A DNA stretch of 64,000 bases from Epiperipatus broadwayi (taxonomy: Eukaryota; Animalia; Onychophora). Under the pieces are notes generated by a model. The model was not told the origin of the DNA. It saw nothing but the letters and a program-made list of their open reading frames with translations, and made no database searches. The first letter of the stretch is position 1, and each line of letters begins with the position of its first letter. Below, in pieces: positions 27,050 to 41,700 of this stretch. The stretch lies in the NCBI GenBank assembly GCA_028023455.1, contig JAQFVV010000009.1, positions 2,294,001-2,358,000 of the forward strand. Direction: 5' to 3'. The position numbers and the translations under genes are program-made.

Positions 27050-29500
27050 GTGGAATGGAATTCATTATAAATAAAAAGTGAAAGAACAATAATGTAGAAA
27101 TTAGTGGTCTATTAGACAGCAGGGTAAGATTAATTATTCAAATTAATAGAAGATACCAAAGAAGAAATTCAAATTTGTGTTCCAAGTTCTAGAAAAAGTA
27201 GAGGATTTTTATATTAATTTATAAAATGCAGTTGTTCAAACTAAATAATCTTTTTAAAATTATTATGATCAGATTTTAATTTTAAAATTGTCACATGATT
27301 GAAAGATGAAAGTGTTGTGAGAAAAATTGGTTCTGGCAACAGAAAAGATCAAGGGCACAGACTTGTACAGTTCTCAGAAAAACTATATATTATGAATGGC
27401 ATCTTTAATAAAAATACAGAATGGAAATATATAAAAGCATCGAGGTGAAGATACAATACAAATGAATTATATTTTGATTAAAAGAAAATATGTATTTCAA
27501 GATTGTAATATTTTTTATAAATTTAACACAGGAAATGATCATTGATTAGTATGATATAATACGAATTTAATGCAAAATTAGGAAGATGAAAAGTATTAAA
27601 AAAGGCACTATTAATGGATATATTTCTAACTTTTAGAAACATTCCAATAAATTTAAGTTAGAATTTGCAAATCATTTAAAAATATTAACTGATTTTGAAG
27701 ATCATCGATAAGCCATTAAGAACTGCATGAGAGATAGCTGATACAAAAAAAAGCAATTTGCTAATAAATTTTTTTGAGACATTATAAGAAAAAAAATGAA
27801 ATATATATTTTTAATAATCCATTAAAAAGAATTGAATATCTAGAAAATATATAATTGTGAATTGGTACAAAAAGTTTTGGAAGAGAATACAAGTCTCAAC
27901 AACTTATTGATAATAAAAATTGTTTCACCATTTAAAAAAAAGATAGAAACTATTACTGAAAAGAGGGATAATATCATGAAATATGTTGAGTTTTCTATAA
28001 AGAATTCTATATTAATAAAAAAAATCCTTTAGAATTACTATATCTTTTGAATTTCTAAATATTTTATATGAAGATGTGAAATATTCAATTAAATCTATGA
28101 AGAAGAAAAAAGTTTCAAGAAATGTTTGAATTATATATTGATATTCTAAAAAAAGCAGGTGAAGAAATAGAAAACTCTTCACAAAATTATATACTCTATG
28201 TTTAAGTGATAAACATGTATCAGATGATTGAGAGAATGCTGGGATAATATTAATATTTAAGAAAAAATATAAGGAAAACATTAGAAATTACATATTTATT
28301 AGTCTTCTATCAGCTCTGTACAAAATTCTTACCAAAATAATTAGGACTTTCTAACCAATCAAAAGAACAAGCTGGATTTTAAAATGACTTCAGCACAATG
28401 AATTGCATACAAATATTAAGAAAAGTTATAGAAATGATCAATGAGTATGAATTGCTATTATGCTTTGGATTTGTAGATTATAAAAAGCATTTGTTTCTAT
28501 AAATATTTCCATGTAATGTAAGTAATATTCATTAAGGCTGTAGCCTCAAGCACATGCGTATAAAATGTAATTAAAGCTTTGGATCATCAACATAGAGGCA
28601 GCATATTGTTATTTTCTGAGGAATATCAAAATGCAATTAGTAGAAATTAGATTGCAATATTAAAAAAATTAACTTTGAAAAGAGGATGATTTTATATCTC
28701 AAAAACTTTTTATAGCTGTTTTGCAAAAAGTATTTTGTGAATTACAAAGAAAAGCTAAGGGAGTAAAAGCAAATGGAGATTATTTAAATGGCTGTTTTTG
28801 TAAATAATGCTTCAGAATTTCAGTAAATGTTTCAAGAATTATCAAATGAAAGAAAAGAAGTAGAACTAAAGATAAATGTTAAAAAGATTAAAATAATGTT
28901 GGACTTTCTCAGAAGAAGAAAATAAAAATTGATAATCATTGAATTAGAAGAAGTTAATATCTACTTGGCCAGATTATTAATAAAGATAGAAACATTATGA
29001 ATGAAATTAATAATAGAATTAAACTTATATGGAGTGCTTTAGGTAGAGACAATTTAGTATTCAAAGGAAGTAAGCTTGTGTGTTTGAAAAAAAAAAGGTT
29101 TTTCATAAATTCCAAGTTCTTACTTATGGATCTGAGACTTACAGAGACTTCAAACCATTAAATAAATATTACAAATAGCAAGATGAGATCAAAAATGAAT
29201 TCATGAGTGAGAAAAGAAAGTGGTAACACTGGTATTATTGAAAAAAATTAAAAATTGAAGTGGAACTGAGCTGAATATATTTCTAGAAGGGATGGTACTA
29301 AATGGACAGTTAAAGTTTTGAATTGGTCCCAAGAGATTTTAAATGATCTAGAAACATACCACATGTGAAATGGATGAATAAAATAATGAAGTTTGCTGGT
29401 GTGTTGTGGGGGAAAAAGCTAGGGATTGGAAAAACTGATTAAACTTGAAAATATCTTTATTCTGAAGTGGATCAGTAATTGTTGAAAATAATGATGATGG
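27050..29500 (+). mobile_element. Decayed RTE-clade LINE (APE remnant + RT + C-terminus)
   Basis: KIGSGNRKDQGHRLVQF; ILIFKK..KENI; ISLLSALYKILTKII; SKEQAGF.NDFSTMNCIQIL; LCFGFVDYKK; typical RTE C-terminal W..KV.NW..R motif; GATGATG tail. Confidence 0.85.
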
Positions 29501-29939
29501 GTTGATATAACAAAAAAGGGCCATATAAGGTTTTCTTAACAATAGCTACACCTGTTTGTTTGCATTGTGTCAATCACAATTAATTCAGTACTTACATATT
29601 TACATTTTTTTAAATTTTTATTATCATAAGTATCATATAAAAAGTTTTTTTAAAAAATAAAATAAATATAAGATTGAAGATATAAATAGAAAGCAGAATG
29701 GAATTTAAAACACTTTCTTTGCAAAATTTGGCATTTATGAAAAAAACTTGGATGAGGATTTTGACATATATAGAATTCTTTATACTAGCAAAAAAATGAA
29801 TTTATCTACATGTTTTTTTTTTATATGATTCATTCTATTAAATTCTTTAAGTAAATCAAAACAAATAATATCAAAATGTTTTTTTAATTTAATTGTTTTT
29901 ATTATTTATTATTGTTATTATTATTTTTAAAAAATACAT

Positions 29940-32090
29940 TGATAAGAAAAGCAGTGCTTTTATAAAAAAACAATAAAGAGTTAATTAAGGAAATTAAAGA
30001 AAAAGTTAATAAGTATGATAAATATAGATTGACAATGATTAAGATAGATATAGTGTCGATGTACACAAATTTGGATGTAGATAAAGTAATAGATTTAGCA
30101 ATTAATAAATATATGGAAGATGAAAGAAAAATAATAGAAATACCAATAATTAAATTAAAACAGACGTTTGAGTTTAATGGAGAATATTTTAAGCAGAAAA
30201 AAGATTTATTGATAGGAAGGGCATTGAGTGGGATATTAAGTTGTATGTATATAGAGGAAATAGAAAAAAGATGATAGATGAGGAAATTGGACCAATAATG
30301 TTAAAAAGATATGTAGATGATTATCTATTAACTTTTAATAGAAGTGAAAGACAAATAGATAAATATTTAAATAAAATTAATAAATTAGATAGGAGTATTA
30401 AATTTACAGTGGAAAGAGAGAAAGATAATAAGTTATCATATTTGGACATATTGTTAACAAAAACATATGTTAAAAATAGATGTAGAATAGAAACATCAGT
30501 GTATAAAAAGTGAATGGGAATAGTAATATAATGAATTGGAATTCTAATACAGATAATAAATATAAAATAAGTAGTATAAGTTCAAGAATATGTAGGGCTA
30601 TTAATTATTGTTTAAGTGAAAAGGAATATAAAAAAGAAGTAGAATTAATAGTAAAGGAATTTAAGGAAAATGAATATCCAGAAAATGTAATAGTGAAGAA
30701 TATAAAATTAATAGAAGAAAAATATAAGAAAACTAATAAGGAAGGAGAGAGTGATAAATATAGGAATAACAATATAAAGGAAAAGTATATAGGGGTTAAG
30801 ACATATAGTAATAATGTAGTTAAGAGTGTTAATAAAATTATTAAAAAATTAATAAAAAATTTAATAATGTAATTAAGTATAAGGTAGTAAATAAAAAAAG
30901 AAAATTTAATGAGTATATTCAATAAATATATTAAAGATATAGGAAAATGTATAAATGGCATATATCAAATAGATTGTAGATATTGTAAGAAGAATATGAT
31001 AAGGACTAAATATGTAAGTGAGACAAAGAATTCTATTTTTACAAGTTAAATCAACATAGGTATGACAAAAATTCACCAATTTATTTGCATACTATGGAAA
31101 CAGGGCATGTATTTGACAAAGAGAATATTAAAATGATAGGATATACTAATAAAAGAAGAGATAGAAAAATAAAAGAAGCAATATTAATTAAAAGAATAAG
31201 GCCTAGTTTAAATAGAGATGGGGGACTAAGAACCTTGTGTTGGTAGGTTGTAGTAATGGATTTATAGGGTTATTGGTAATTAAAGATAAGTGTATATGTA
31301 TTAGGTGTATATAAGTAGGTATATGGGTAAGGATACATTAAATATGAAATTATATTGGTGTTATAGCATGATTATTGTTATTATTGATTATTAATAATAA
31401 AGGTAATAATAATAGTAATAAAAGAAAGTAGATTTAAAGTTATAATATGTGAATATAGATAAAAGACATGTAAAGATTGTTAATTAATATAGGTTAAAAA
31501 ATAGAATTATAAGTTTTATAAAATGTATAAAAGAGGGAGTTGGTTTAAAGGAATAAAAAGATAGTGACTTTAAAACAGCAGAGAATAAAGATAATATTAT
31601 TAAAAGAAAAACAGTAGAGATATTAAAGTAAAAAAGATATTATATATTATATAATAATTGGACAAGATAGAAAAAAATGATGAAAAGAAGATTAAGGAAT
31701 AGTGATGATATAAATAATAGTAATAATAAATAATAAAAGGTAAGGCATTTAAAAATAGTAAAAATTTGTTTGAAAGAAATTTGTTTAAAAAAAAAAAAAA
31801 TAATTTTTTTTTAAAAACTAAAGGTAAAAATGAAATAGTTTTAAAAGTAATATAAAAATGGATATATATATGTCTTGTAAATTTATATGCATGTATATGA
31901 AGAAGATATATGTGTATATTTATGTATGTATATGGGTATTTTATATATGTGTAAAATGATGGTTATATACATATATATATATATATATATGAAATGATGA
32001 TTGTATATTTATATTATTCAAATCTTGTAGCTCTGATGAAGACTGCTGGACAGTCGAAACTGTAAGAAAATAAAGAAGTTTTGAAGAAAA
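29940..32090 (+). mobile_element. Penelope-like element 1 (5'-truncated RT + GIY-YIG + 3' region with hammerhead)
   Basis: IKIDIVSMYTNL...TFEFNGEYFKQKKDLLIGRALSGIL...LKRYVDDYL...IKFTVEREKDNKLSYLDILL...TSVYKK; GIY-YIG GIYQIDCRYC...ETGHVFDKENIK...RKIKEAILI...LNRDGG; frameshifted. Confidence 0.93.
32017..32085 (+). ncRNA. Type-I minimal hammerhead ribozyme with canonical core
   Basis: CUGAUGA(32033-39)-A-GACUG(CUGGA)CAGUC-GAAA-CUGU-A; stem I CU/AG plus distal UUCAAA-UCUU / AAGA..UUUGAA pairing; GUA cleavage triplet at 32062-32064. Confidence 0.88.
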
Positions 32091-32499
32091 TTTGTTGCAT
32101 TAACGTGTATATGAGTAGAGTGTTATAAGTAATATATATTATTAAACATAGTGAATAATAGATTTTGTTGTAATCCCAAAATTTTTGGAAATTTTCTAAA
32201 GAATAAGATATATGTAAAATCTAATAGAAGCATAAAATTTTCAAATAATTTTTAATTTTGACAGATTAATAATCCTTTAATAAGAATATAAATATTAAAA
32301 AGTTTAGTAAATTTTAAGAAGTATCTGATTTTAAAATGTTGAATGGAGAGCTGTTTTTAGTGATATTAGTAAATCAATAAAAAAGATTAAGGAATAAAAT
32401 GAATTTCAATTTATGCAAAATTCTAGTATTTATGTTTAACACATGTACAAAATTTGTAATATAAGCAAATTAATTCTCATGCTTCATTAAATCAATGTA

Positions 32500-33480
32500 T
32501 CTATTCGCAGAATTACAGGCCAATGGTAATATTACCAATATTGGCTAAAATATTTGATAATTGTTTGCTACCTATGAATATTTGCAGGGAGTAAAGCAAT
32601 TTACCTTCACATTTTCAACTGCACATGCTTTAGACTTATTGTCTTAGTAAATAAGTAATACAGTTTGGTAAATCAAATTACATTTTTAGTTATTAATGAA
32701 TATAAAGCAAATGCTTTGGATAATAAATTATGATTGGATGTCATATACTTTGATTTATTACCAACTTTTGATTGTAACCTATTGATTGGGAAAATGAAAT
32801 TGGTTTTCAATAATAATAATATAATCAAAATGCTTTACATCATATTTATATAAAAGAAACTTTATATTAACTGTGGTGATTAGTTTCTCAGAACATTTAA
32901 TATAGAAATTTCACAAAGAGATACTTTTATAGCTTTATTGCTTGGTATATCTAATAATAATTTACAAAATTAAATACATATCATTCTAAAGTAATATTAG
33001 ATGCAGGTTATACAAAAATATCCAGAAAAATTATATGATTAATTTTTTGAACTGCTGTTTTAATAAAGAAATATCAGAAAATTTTAATAAATGGAAAGTG
33101 CTCACATATAGTCAGAAAAATAGTTTGATTTTGGTAACTATACTGATCAAAAAGAATTAAGAATAATTTTTAGCAATAATGGCACTTATTAATAATCTTT
33201 TCAATATTATAGAACTATAACAAAAGCATATTTTATATCTGAAAAAATAATTAGATATAGAAACATTAAAATTACTTTATTTAAAATATAATAATTTATA
33301 TTAAATTTTCGATCTAAATAGTGAAATAAATATGATAAAAACTTTGATTTAAAGAATTTATTTTAGTTTCTCAAATATATTTGTTCAGATAATACAAATA
33401 ATTATCAAAACAATTTTTGTATAATATATATTCTAATCCAATTAAACTAAAGTGTTACAATGATAAATAGGATTATAATA
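32500..33480 (+). mobile_element. Highly decayed CR1/Jockey-like LINE RT
   Basis: NYRPMVILPILAKIFDNC and LDVIYFD fragments; many stops. Confidence 0.55.
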
Positions 33481-34414
33481 AAACCATTATTTAGATTTAA
33501 TAATAAAATTACATTACCTAAATCACATACATGCTGTAAATAATGATATTAATACATTATCAAAAAAATGTTTGTATATACGTATGTGTGTAAATTTAAT
33601 GTCCCTTTTGCATTCTATATATGTTATATGTATATTTTTATTATTAGTCTAATTTCCTTATGGTTATAACAGTGTTTTTTAATTTATTAATTTCATATTT
33701 TAATAATTATTCGACAAATAATTGCTTACTCATAATCTTTATATATTTTAAATGACTAATTATATATATATTGAGTAAGTATAATATCATGTGAAATTTA
33801 ACAAGTCTGTTTTAAATAACAATTGAACTGCTCTCTAGCTGCCATGTTCAATAACTTTTTGCATTAAAAATAGAAATAAAACAAACTCCTTTTTAAAACT
33901 TGTTTTTTATATGACTATAATCATGAAAAAAAAAATCCAACATTTCGACTATTTTATATAGTCTTTTTTAAGGCACACTAAAATAAAATAATATATATAA
34001 CAAATAACACATATTCCAAAAAAAATAAAATAAAAAATTACAAAATATATTCATAACCAAAAATTTACCTTATCTCACTTCCCTTTCCTATTACAAACAA
34101 TCACAACTCAAAGAAAAACAATTTCCTTTTTTTTAAAAAATCTATCTATATATATATATCCTTTAAAACATTTAATTAAAAACCTATTATTTTCTTTTCT
34201 GTTTATCTATTAACATCCTATTTAATTCTAGTTTTATTTCATTAATGTATATACTTTCTTTTATCATCCTTTCATTATATGACTTAATACATTCCAAAGG
34301 CTTTATATCAAAATCCCCATGCTTAAATTTATGCATATGAATGTAAACAGCAGAATTTTTATCAGCTAAATGCTGTTTTAATCTAGTCTTTAATTTATTC
34401 TTACTAGTCCCAAC

Positions 34415-34639
34415 ATGACTAGTAAGAATAAATTAAAGACTAGATTAAAACAGCATTTAGGTGATAAAAATTCTGCTGTTTACATTCACATGAATAAATT
34501 TAAGCATGGGGATTTTGGTATAAAGCCTTTGGAATGTATTAAGTCATATAATGAAAGGATGATAAAAGAAAGTGTATACATTAATGAAATAAAACCAGAA
34601 TTAAATAGGATGTTAATAGATAAACAGAAAAGAAAATAA
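34415..34639 (+). mobile_element. Penelope-like GIY-YIG endonuclease C-terminal fragment (mirrored on minus strand in the left arm)
   Basis: TSKNKLKTRLKQHLGDKNSAVYIHMNKFKH...ERMIKESVYINEIKPELNR matches the PLE GIY-YIG pattern T.R.L..R..EH...S....H...RK.KE...I....LN. Confidence 0.85.
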
Positions 34640-34840
34640 TAGGTTTTTAATTAAATGTTTTAAAGGATATATATATATTTTAAAAAAAGAAAATTGTTTC
34701 TCTTTGAGTTGTGGTTGTTGGTAATAGGAAAGGGGAGTGAGATAAGGTAAATTTTTGGTTATAAATATATTTTGTAATTTTTTATTTTATTTTTTTTGGA
34801 ATATGTGTTATTTGTTATATATATATTATTTTATTTTAGT

Positions 34841-34880
34841 GTGCCTTGAAAAAGACTATATAAAATAGTCGAAATGTTGG
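34841..34880 (+). ncRNA. Hammerhead-like motif, U3-A8 core variant (right arm; the left-arm copy at ~33937-33976 has G5A)
   Basis: CC-UUGAAAA-A-GACUAU(AUAAA)AUAGUC-GAAA-UGU-U-GG: 6-bp stem II; 2-bp stem I. Confidence 0.6.
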
Positions 34881-37800
34881 ATTTTTTTTTTCATGATTAT
34901 AGTCATATAAAAAACGAGTTTTAAAAAGAAGGAGTTAGTTTGTTTTATTTCTATTTTGGATATTTATAAACTATTTTGAAAAGAAGAACTCTGTGCTTGA
35001 TATATTAAATTTTTTGCATTAAGAAAATGAACTAATGGATCAAATAGGCTGATGGACCACTTCTTGCTGTCTTTTAGATCTTTTTATTTAGAGTTATCCA
35101 GAACAATAAAAGCCAGAAAGAAAACTTAAATCAGTCTATATATTTTAATGTAAATTGATTTTTAAATAACTGGTATTAAGTTTATAGAGTGAGATGCTTT
35201 ACTCATTTCTAAAACTCTATAATAAATAAACACATTGTATATGTAATGATAAATAATATTTTAATATCTCTAAATGTTGAACAAGTGATCAAGAATAGAA
35301 TGAATCCATCTTTTCTTGAAGTGTTTATAAGCATACCTTTGTCAGCATTATTGGTAATTCAGAGTGAAACTAATATATCAGCAAGATGGAATATGATAGT
35401 TAATAGTTATTCTATTAATAATCAATTATACAAGACTGGAGGCAGAATTTCTTTTTTAACACCTTGATTATAATAATTAAACAAGATTTAATATGTAAAC
35501 ATTAAATTAAACATATCTCAATGCATATGTAAACAAAGTAAATTAATAATCCTCCCTCAGGCTATGAATTAAAAGCATTTTAAATGTTAAACAAGTAATC
35601 AAAAATAGAGTGATTCCTTCTATTTTTGGAGTTCTGATGTTCATAAGCTGAACAATAGGAAACTGAAATAGAAGTAACATTACTCCTAATAAAAATATGT
35701 ATAAATTAATTACATTTGGCAATTAATTATACAAAGTCTTTTGGAAGTAGCAGTTATTTCTATTTCAATTTAATATATATATATATTAGGTTCTGTAGAG
35801 TGTTTGAATAATCAAAATAAATTGTAAGTATTACTATTGTTGCTGTTATTGTTATTATGGAATAAAAGACAGATTACTACACTTGATCAAAACTATTTAA
35901 TTTTATTTTTTGTTTTAAAAAACTAATAATAATTGAATGATTTATTGCTCTGGAATTAATAAGAAGTATCAAATTTTATACACAATCTATAGACTTTGAA
36001 TTTCAGTGTTTGCCACCCTAACATTATGCTAAAGAGCACTAAAATAGAAAATATATTGAATAATAGCCAAATAGTATATATATATATATACAGACTTTCT
36101 CAAGGTTCTATACCTAATGCATTGTTGCTTTTCTTTTTATAAAGAATTTGGATGAGAATAACTCTCATTAATAATTGCCAAAAAATTTAATTAAATTGTC
36201 CATTGGTACTTTAATGTATATATATATTGAATTAAATATTTTTATGATTGTTATTATAATAAAGAATAAAAATAAGGAGTTTATATTCATATAAACAGAA
36301 ATAACTTTTATCTTTTGATGTTACCAGAAAACTATCAATTACTACTAATTGACAGTCTCACTGAAGCTAAACAAGTTTCTCCATCAGTCTATAATAGCTC
36401 TTTTGTTAATAGTTTTTGGCAATATCAAAAAGTAAAAGTTATCTCTGTTTACATAAATATAATCTCCTTACTTCTATTCTTTATATATAGATGTGTGGGC
36501 ATATATATATATATGGAGAAGAGGCAATATTTATGTTAATATTTTCCCACATAAAAATATTGATATATGCTTATAATTGTTTTTGAAATACACCATAGTT
36601 ATCCTTTTCAGCATAGTGCTAAAATTTGAGCTTTCTTTGTTTAAAGGGGGGAGTTTGGCTGGAATAATATAGCTATGGGATGTTTAAAATATTTTATATA
36701 GATTTCAGCTAATGGTATTATATTTTTATTACTTATAATTGTGTATACACATATAGCAATAATATAATGATAATAAGCACTTAAAAATAGAACATGTAAA
36801 ATTATTACAATTTAATCTACAATTACCAGATTTTCTGCACTTATATCTATAATAAAATCATCTCTAGAAAAATATTTTGATTCATTATTATTACACAAAT
36901 TATCATATCATTTTTAGGCCAGATATATACTTTAAACTTTAATTAAAAAACAATACATTAAAGATATAAAATCTAACCTTGTGTAACAATCCCTCTTCAT
37001 TTCTCTTTTTCTATGCATAATATCTTATACACAGTTATAATTCCTTCTTTATCACACCTGCCTTTAACGACATGAATCACCTTTTTCAGTTGTCTTTATT
37101 CATATGATTAAAAAATAAGTGTGATGAAATAGGAATTAAAGTATATTTAATAGATAAAATATATGGAGTGATAGTAGACAAATATGTTTTAAAAAATAAA
37201 ATTTTAATATTTTAATTAATAAATTTAGATATTTTATTTCAATATTTCGCACAATCCATGTTTTTCCTACTATACGTAAATCTCTGTAAAAACCTTTATT
37301 AAAATACGGAATTACAATTATAACCCTGCTATTTATTTAAATATTTAAAGATTAACATTAGTGCACACGAATTGGTAATTTAGTAGAAGAAAATTATTTG
37401 AATATATATAAAGATTTGGTTATAAAAATATTTTACAATTTATTGATCTTCTTGAATATAAATTTATATGTAAATACCTTGCCAATATTTTCAAAAAGCC
37501 TGTCTTATTAGAGAAACAGATTCGTATACAGTTAACTCATAAAACCAATATCTAAACAGAATGAGAAATCTTTGTATTACAAATGGAAATATCAACCCGA
37601 TAAAGCATTAATACTTTAGTTAATAAGATTTTAAAAAATTACAATATTATAGAGAAATTGAAAATCAAATTAAAAAATTATAATAAAGAATTAAGGGGAA
37701 TAAATGAATCTTTTTCTGTATGATATGCAAAGATTAATAATAGAATGGATCACTTATCTTTTAAAGTTGCAAATAGAATCTCACTATTCTTTTAATAATC

Positions 37801-38120
37801 CAGCAGAAGTTAATAATTATAAACATAAAATTGGCATAGCTTAAAAAGTCTATAAATTAAGGAAGTAAATCAGTCTTCTTCAGGTTGTGAATAAAATTAA
37901 AAGTTAGATTTTATCTACATTCTTCTATAATTTTTTATTAGTGGCCATATTTTCATTTGGTTGTTATAATAATGTCATTCTGAATTTCCACTTGTTAGTA
38001 AAGTAAGCCTATAAACACCAAAATTTTAAAGGATAGGTAACATTTTATTCATAATCTTTACTAAACATACACAAAGTTATTTATTCATAATCTGATGGAG
38101 ACTGATTACCCACCTCCCAT

Positions 38121-38225
<105 letters not shown>

Positions 38226-38689
38226 TTAAAATAGCAGGTACTCAAAAATGATCTTACTTTTGATATAGAAATTAAATTTATACAAATAATTTATCAATTG
38301 AAATATCAGGTTCATAATAAGTTCAAATCCTGATTTAAGCATGTTCCATAAGGGTTATTTCATATAAAAATAAGCTCTAAACATAAGTAATATAGTATGT
38401 TTCAAAACACTTATTGACTGTGAAAAATTTTTTTTTTCCACAAGGTATATTAATAAGCAATAATTGTTATAATCAAATTTTATTATGTATAATCTAATTA
38501 TTATTATTATTATACTTGGGGGGGGGGTATTGCACTTGAATTGCATTTTGAGAATCTTTCTTACATAAAGGTGCAATTATATTTTAATAAGATGAGAATT
38601 CAATTTTCTGTAAATGTATTTTACTTGTCTAATAAAAATAAATTATAGCATTATTATTTATTATTGTTGCAACTGAGTAATTAAATTAT

Positions 38690-38878
<189 letters not shown>

Positions 38879-40009
38879 CCTTAATCAAATACAAAACATA
38901 TTGTAAATAACTTTACAAAGATTAAAACAAACTATAATCTCTATTCTCATTATTTACCGTACAAAATTATAGCACTATATTATATTTGGTAGGTTTTGAT
39001 TGATTTCAGTGCATGATATTTATGATAATTCTTGGGTGCCTATTGTTAAGAGTTCTAAGTAAGGACTGGTTGCTGACATATGTAGTTTCTTTTTATATTT
39101 TAAAATATGAACTGAAATTACTTTTTTAACCAAAAACTTTCGATTCGACATTGTTAAATTTTAATTTGTAGTCATCTGCAATATGGTTGCAATGTTTTGT
39201 TGCTGAATATTTATTTAATATCAAATTACAATAAATTCCACATGAAAAAAATTAATTCGTGGAGTTAAAAAAATCTTTAAAAATTAATATACAAATATAT
39301 AAAACTTACATAAAATAATAAAATTAACAATTGAAATTTAAAAAAATCAATTGAAATATAAACAATTACTTAATAATATAAAGATTTCCATTTATAACAA
39401 CATATATAAATTAATAAGCATACATATATAACCATTAAAAACAGTCAACCCTTAGACAATTCCAATATCAATAGCAATCAGCAATTTCAAACTGTTGTCA
39501 AGGCAACCTCTTTTTAGCAATAAAGGTTATATATATATAATATTAAGATTAAAATTATAAGTATAATAAAATATATGGACAGTCTTAGTCTTAGTATTTA
39601 ATTATATACATAATGTTCCAGAATTCAGCAAGATCAATTGTATCTTTACTACTATTAATCATTTGATTTAAAGTGACTTCCAAGTTAAATTAATGTTATA
39701 ATTTTGCCCACTTTTGTTACAATGGAAACAAAAAACTACAATTAAGATATAGAAAATTATCAAATATTAAATATGATCCAGTTAACCCTAAGATTATTTT
39801 TTTCTTGAATCTATTTAATGAAATATGGTATATAATTTTAGAATAATACTGCATTAAAATATTAAAATACATTGAACCAATAAATAATAAACATAGTTTA
39901 CATATACTGTGTTTTGTTATAATGTGGATTGTCCACAAAATTAAATTTAGACTTGCTAATTTTACCCCTTTTTAAAGAAACATTACATTGGAATGATGTA
40001 ATTTGAAAT

Positions 40010-41700
40010 AATGACCTAAAATATTGACTACAAATACCTTTTTGACTGATAATATTCCTGATATATAAAAAAATAAAAAAAATATTCTAATAATTTATTT
40101 CATGCAATACTTGAAGAAAAGTATGAAGCTGTGCCTCCCCAAGGAGAAATTCCATAAGTTAATGTAGGGGAAAAAATTGCCTATAATACTGATAATGATT
40201 TTCTGTAATAAACTGTTTCTAATTTTATAAAAACAACACTTAAAAGTCTTAAACTTTTTTGCAAATAAAATATATATTTATTCCATCTAAAATCTGAGTC
40301 CAGCAGTAATCCCAAATAAAATATAGATTCAATTTTTATTAGTTTATTGTTTGATATTTCAACAGAAATATCTTGAAAATTAGATTTTTTATCATTGTAA
40401 ATAATATATTTGAATTTATTATAATTAATAATTAAATTATTGCAGAAAAGCCAATGCTTAATTATATTTAAATCCCCATTTATTAATTTTTGAAGTAATC
40501 CATAAGTTGTAACTAATAATACTGATGTCATGTCATCTGCAAGACATAAAATATTTGAATATAAAGAAGATTCATCAAGTCATTAATGCAAATAATAAAT
40601 AGTAATGGATCTAAAGATGATCCTTGTGGCACACCAAATTTAATAAAAGATTAATCACTCAAGACACCATTAATTTTAACACATTGTGTTCTTTAATGTA
40701 AATAAGATGCCAGTCAATCATTCATGCAGTCTCTAATATCCATATCATAAATATTTTAATAAGTTTTTCCTTTGAAACAAAATCAAAAAACATTACTAAA
40801 TCTAGATAAACATGTTCTTTTATAACCATGTTCCAATAAATCTGTAATAAGTATAATATGCTTTGCTTAAAATCAAAATAGCAGATTGGGGGGGGGGGTA
40901 AAAATCCAAAAAGATTATATTTAGAAATAAATTTAATAATTCTATTTTTAATATAAACTTCAAATGTTTTAGATAAAGTAGATAACAAAGATATAGATCT
41001 ATAAATATCCATTTCCGAATTATCATAATTCTTAAAGATATGTAAGATGGATGATCTCTTCAATAAATTTGGGAAAATACCAGATTTGATTGATAAATTA
41101 AACAAAAATTGTAATATAGATAGTAGAGAAGACCAATTAGTAGCAATTATTTTTGTATTGAAATGCAGTCTAAACCCACACTCTTTTATTTGAAGGTAAA
41201 TAATTCCTCATTAATAAGTATATTTTTATTTGATATTGCATATCCAATGATATCAGCCAAAACAACTTAATTTTTTTTTTGTCAACAAAAATAACTCTCT
41301 AAGTTTTCTATTAAAAAATAATACTTTTATAACAGGCTCAAATACACTTCCATGCTTCAAAGGAAAAAAATTGAAATAATATACAACACTAAAATCTACA
41401 ACATTCAAATTTTCTGCAATAGTACAAACTATTATATTAAGGTTTTCATTTTCAACATAATCAATTTCTTCAGTCTCAGTTCTGTGATAAAATCTTTGTT
41501 ATTTCAATTCTTGAATTTGTTTTTTTAAATCATCGATTATTACTTCTATGTTTTCTATTGTGCCATGAATAGACACCAAATCACTAGTAAAACTTTCCAT
41601 TTTTATTTGAATTTCTATCAAACCCAAGTCATTTTGCCTCATAGATTTTGAAATTAAATTGAAAGGCTGCAAACCTTTCACTTATTATAATACTTATCTG
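40010..41700 (-). mobile_element. Decayed non-LTR retrotransposon (CR1/Jockey-like): ORF1-like coiled coil, APE remnant, RT
   Basis: FNLSIKSGIFPNLLK...YRSISLLSTLSKTFE; GVPQGSSLDPLLFIICINDL; LADD; DLNIIKHWLFCNNLIIN...YLGLLLDSDFRWNKYI; coiled-coil ORF at 41499-41681. Confidence 0.9.

Larger units (their letters stand above)
33866..34957. repeat. Near-perfect ~545-bp-arm palindrome derived from a Penelope-like 3' end
   Basis: 33866-34409 is the reverse complement of 34417-34957; centre TTACTAGTC-ccaacat-GACTAGTAA; only scattered mismatches. Confidence 0.97.
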
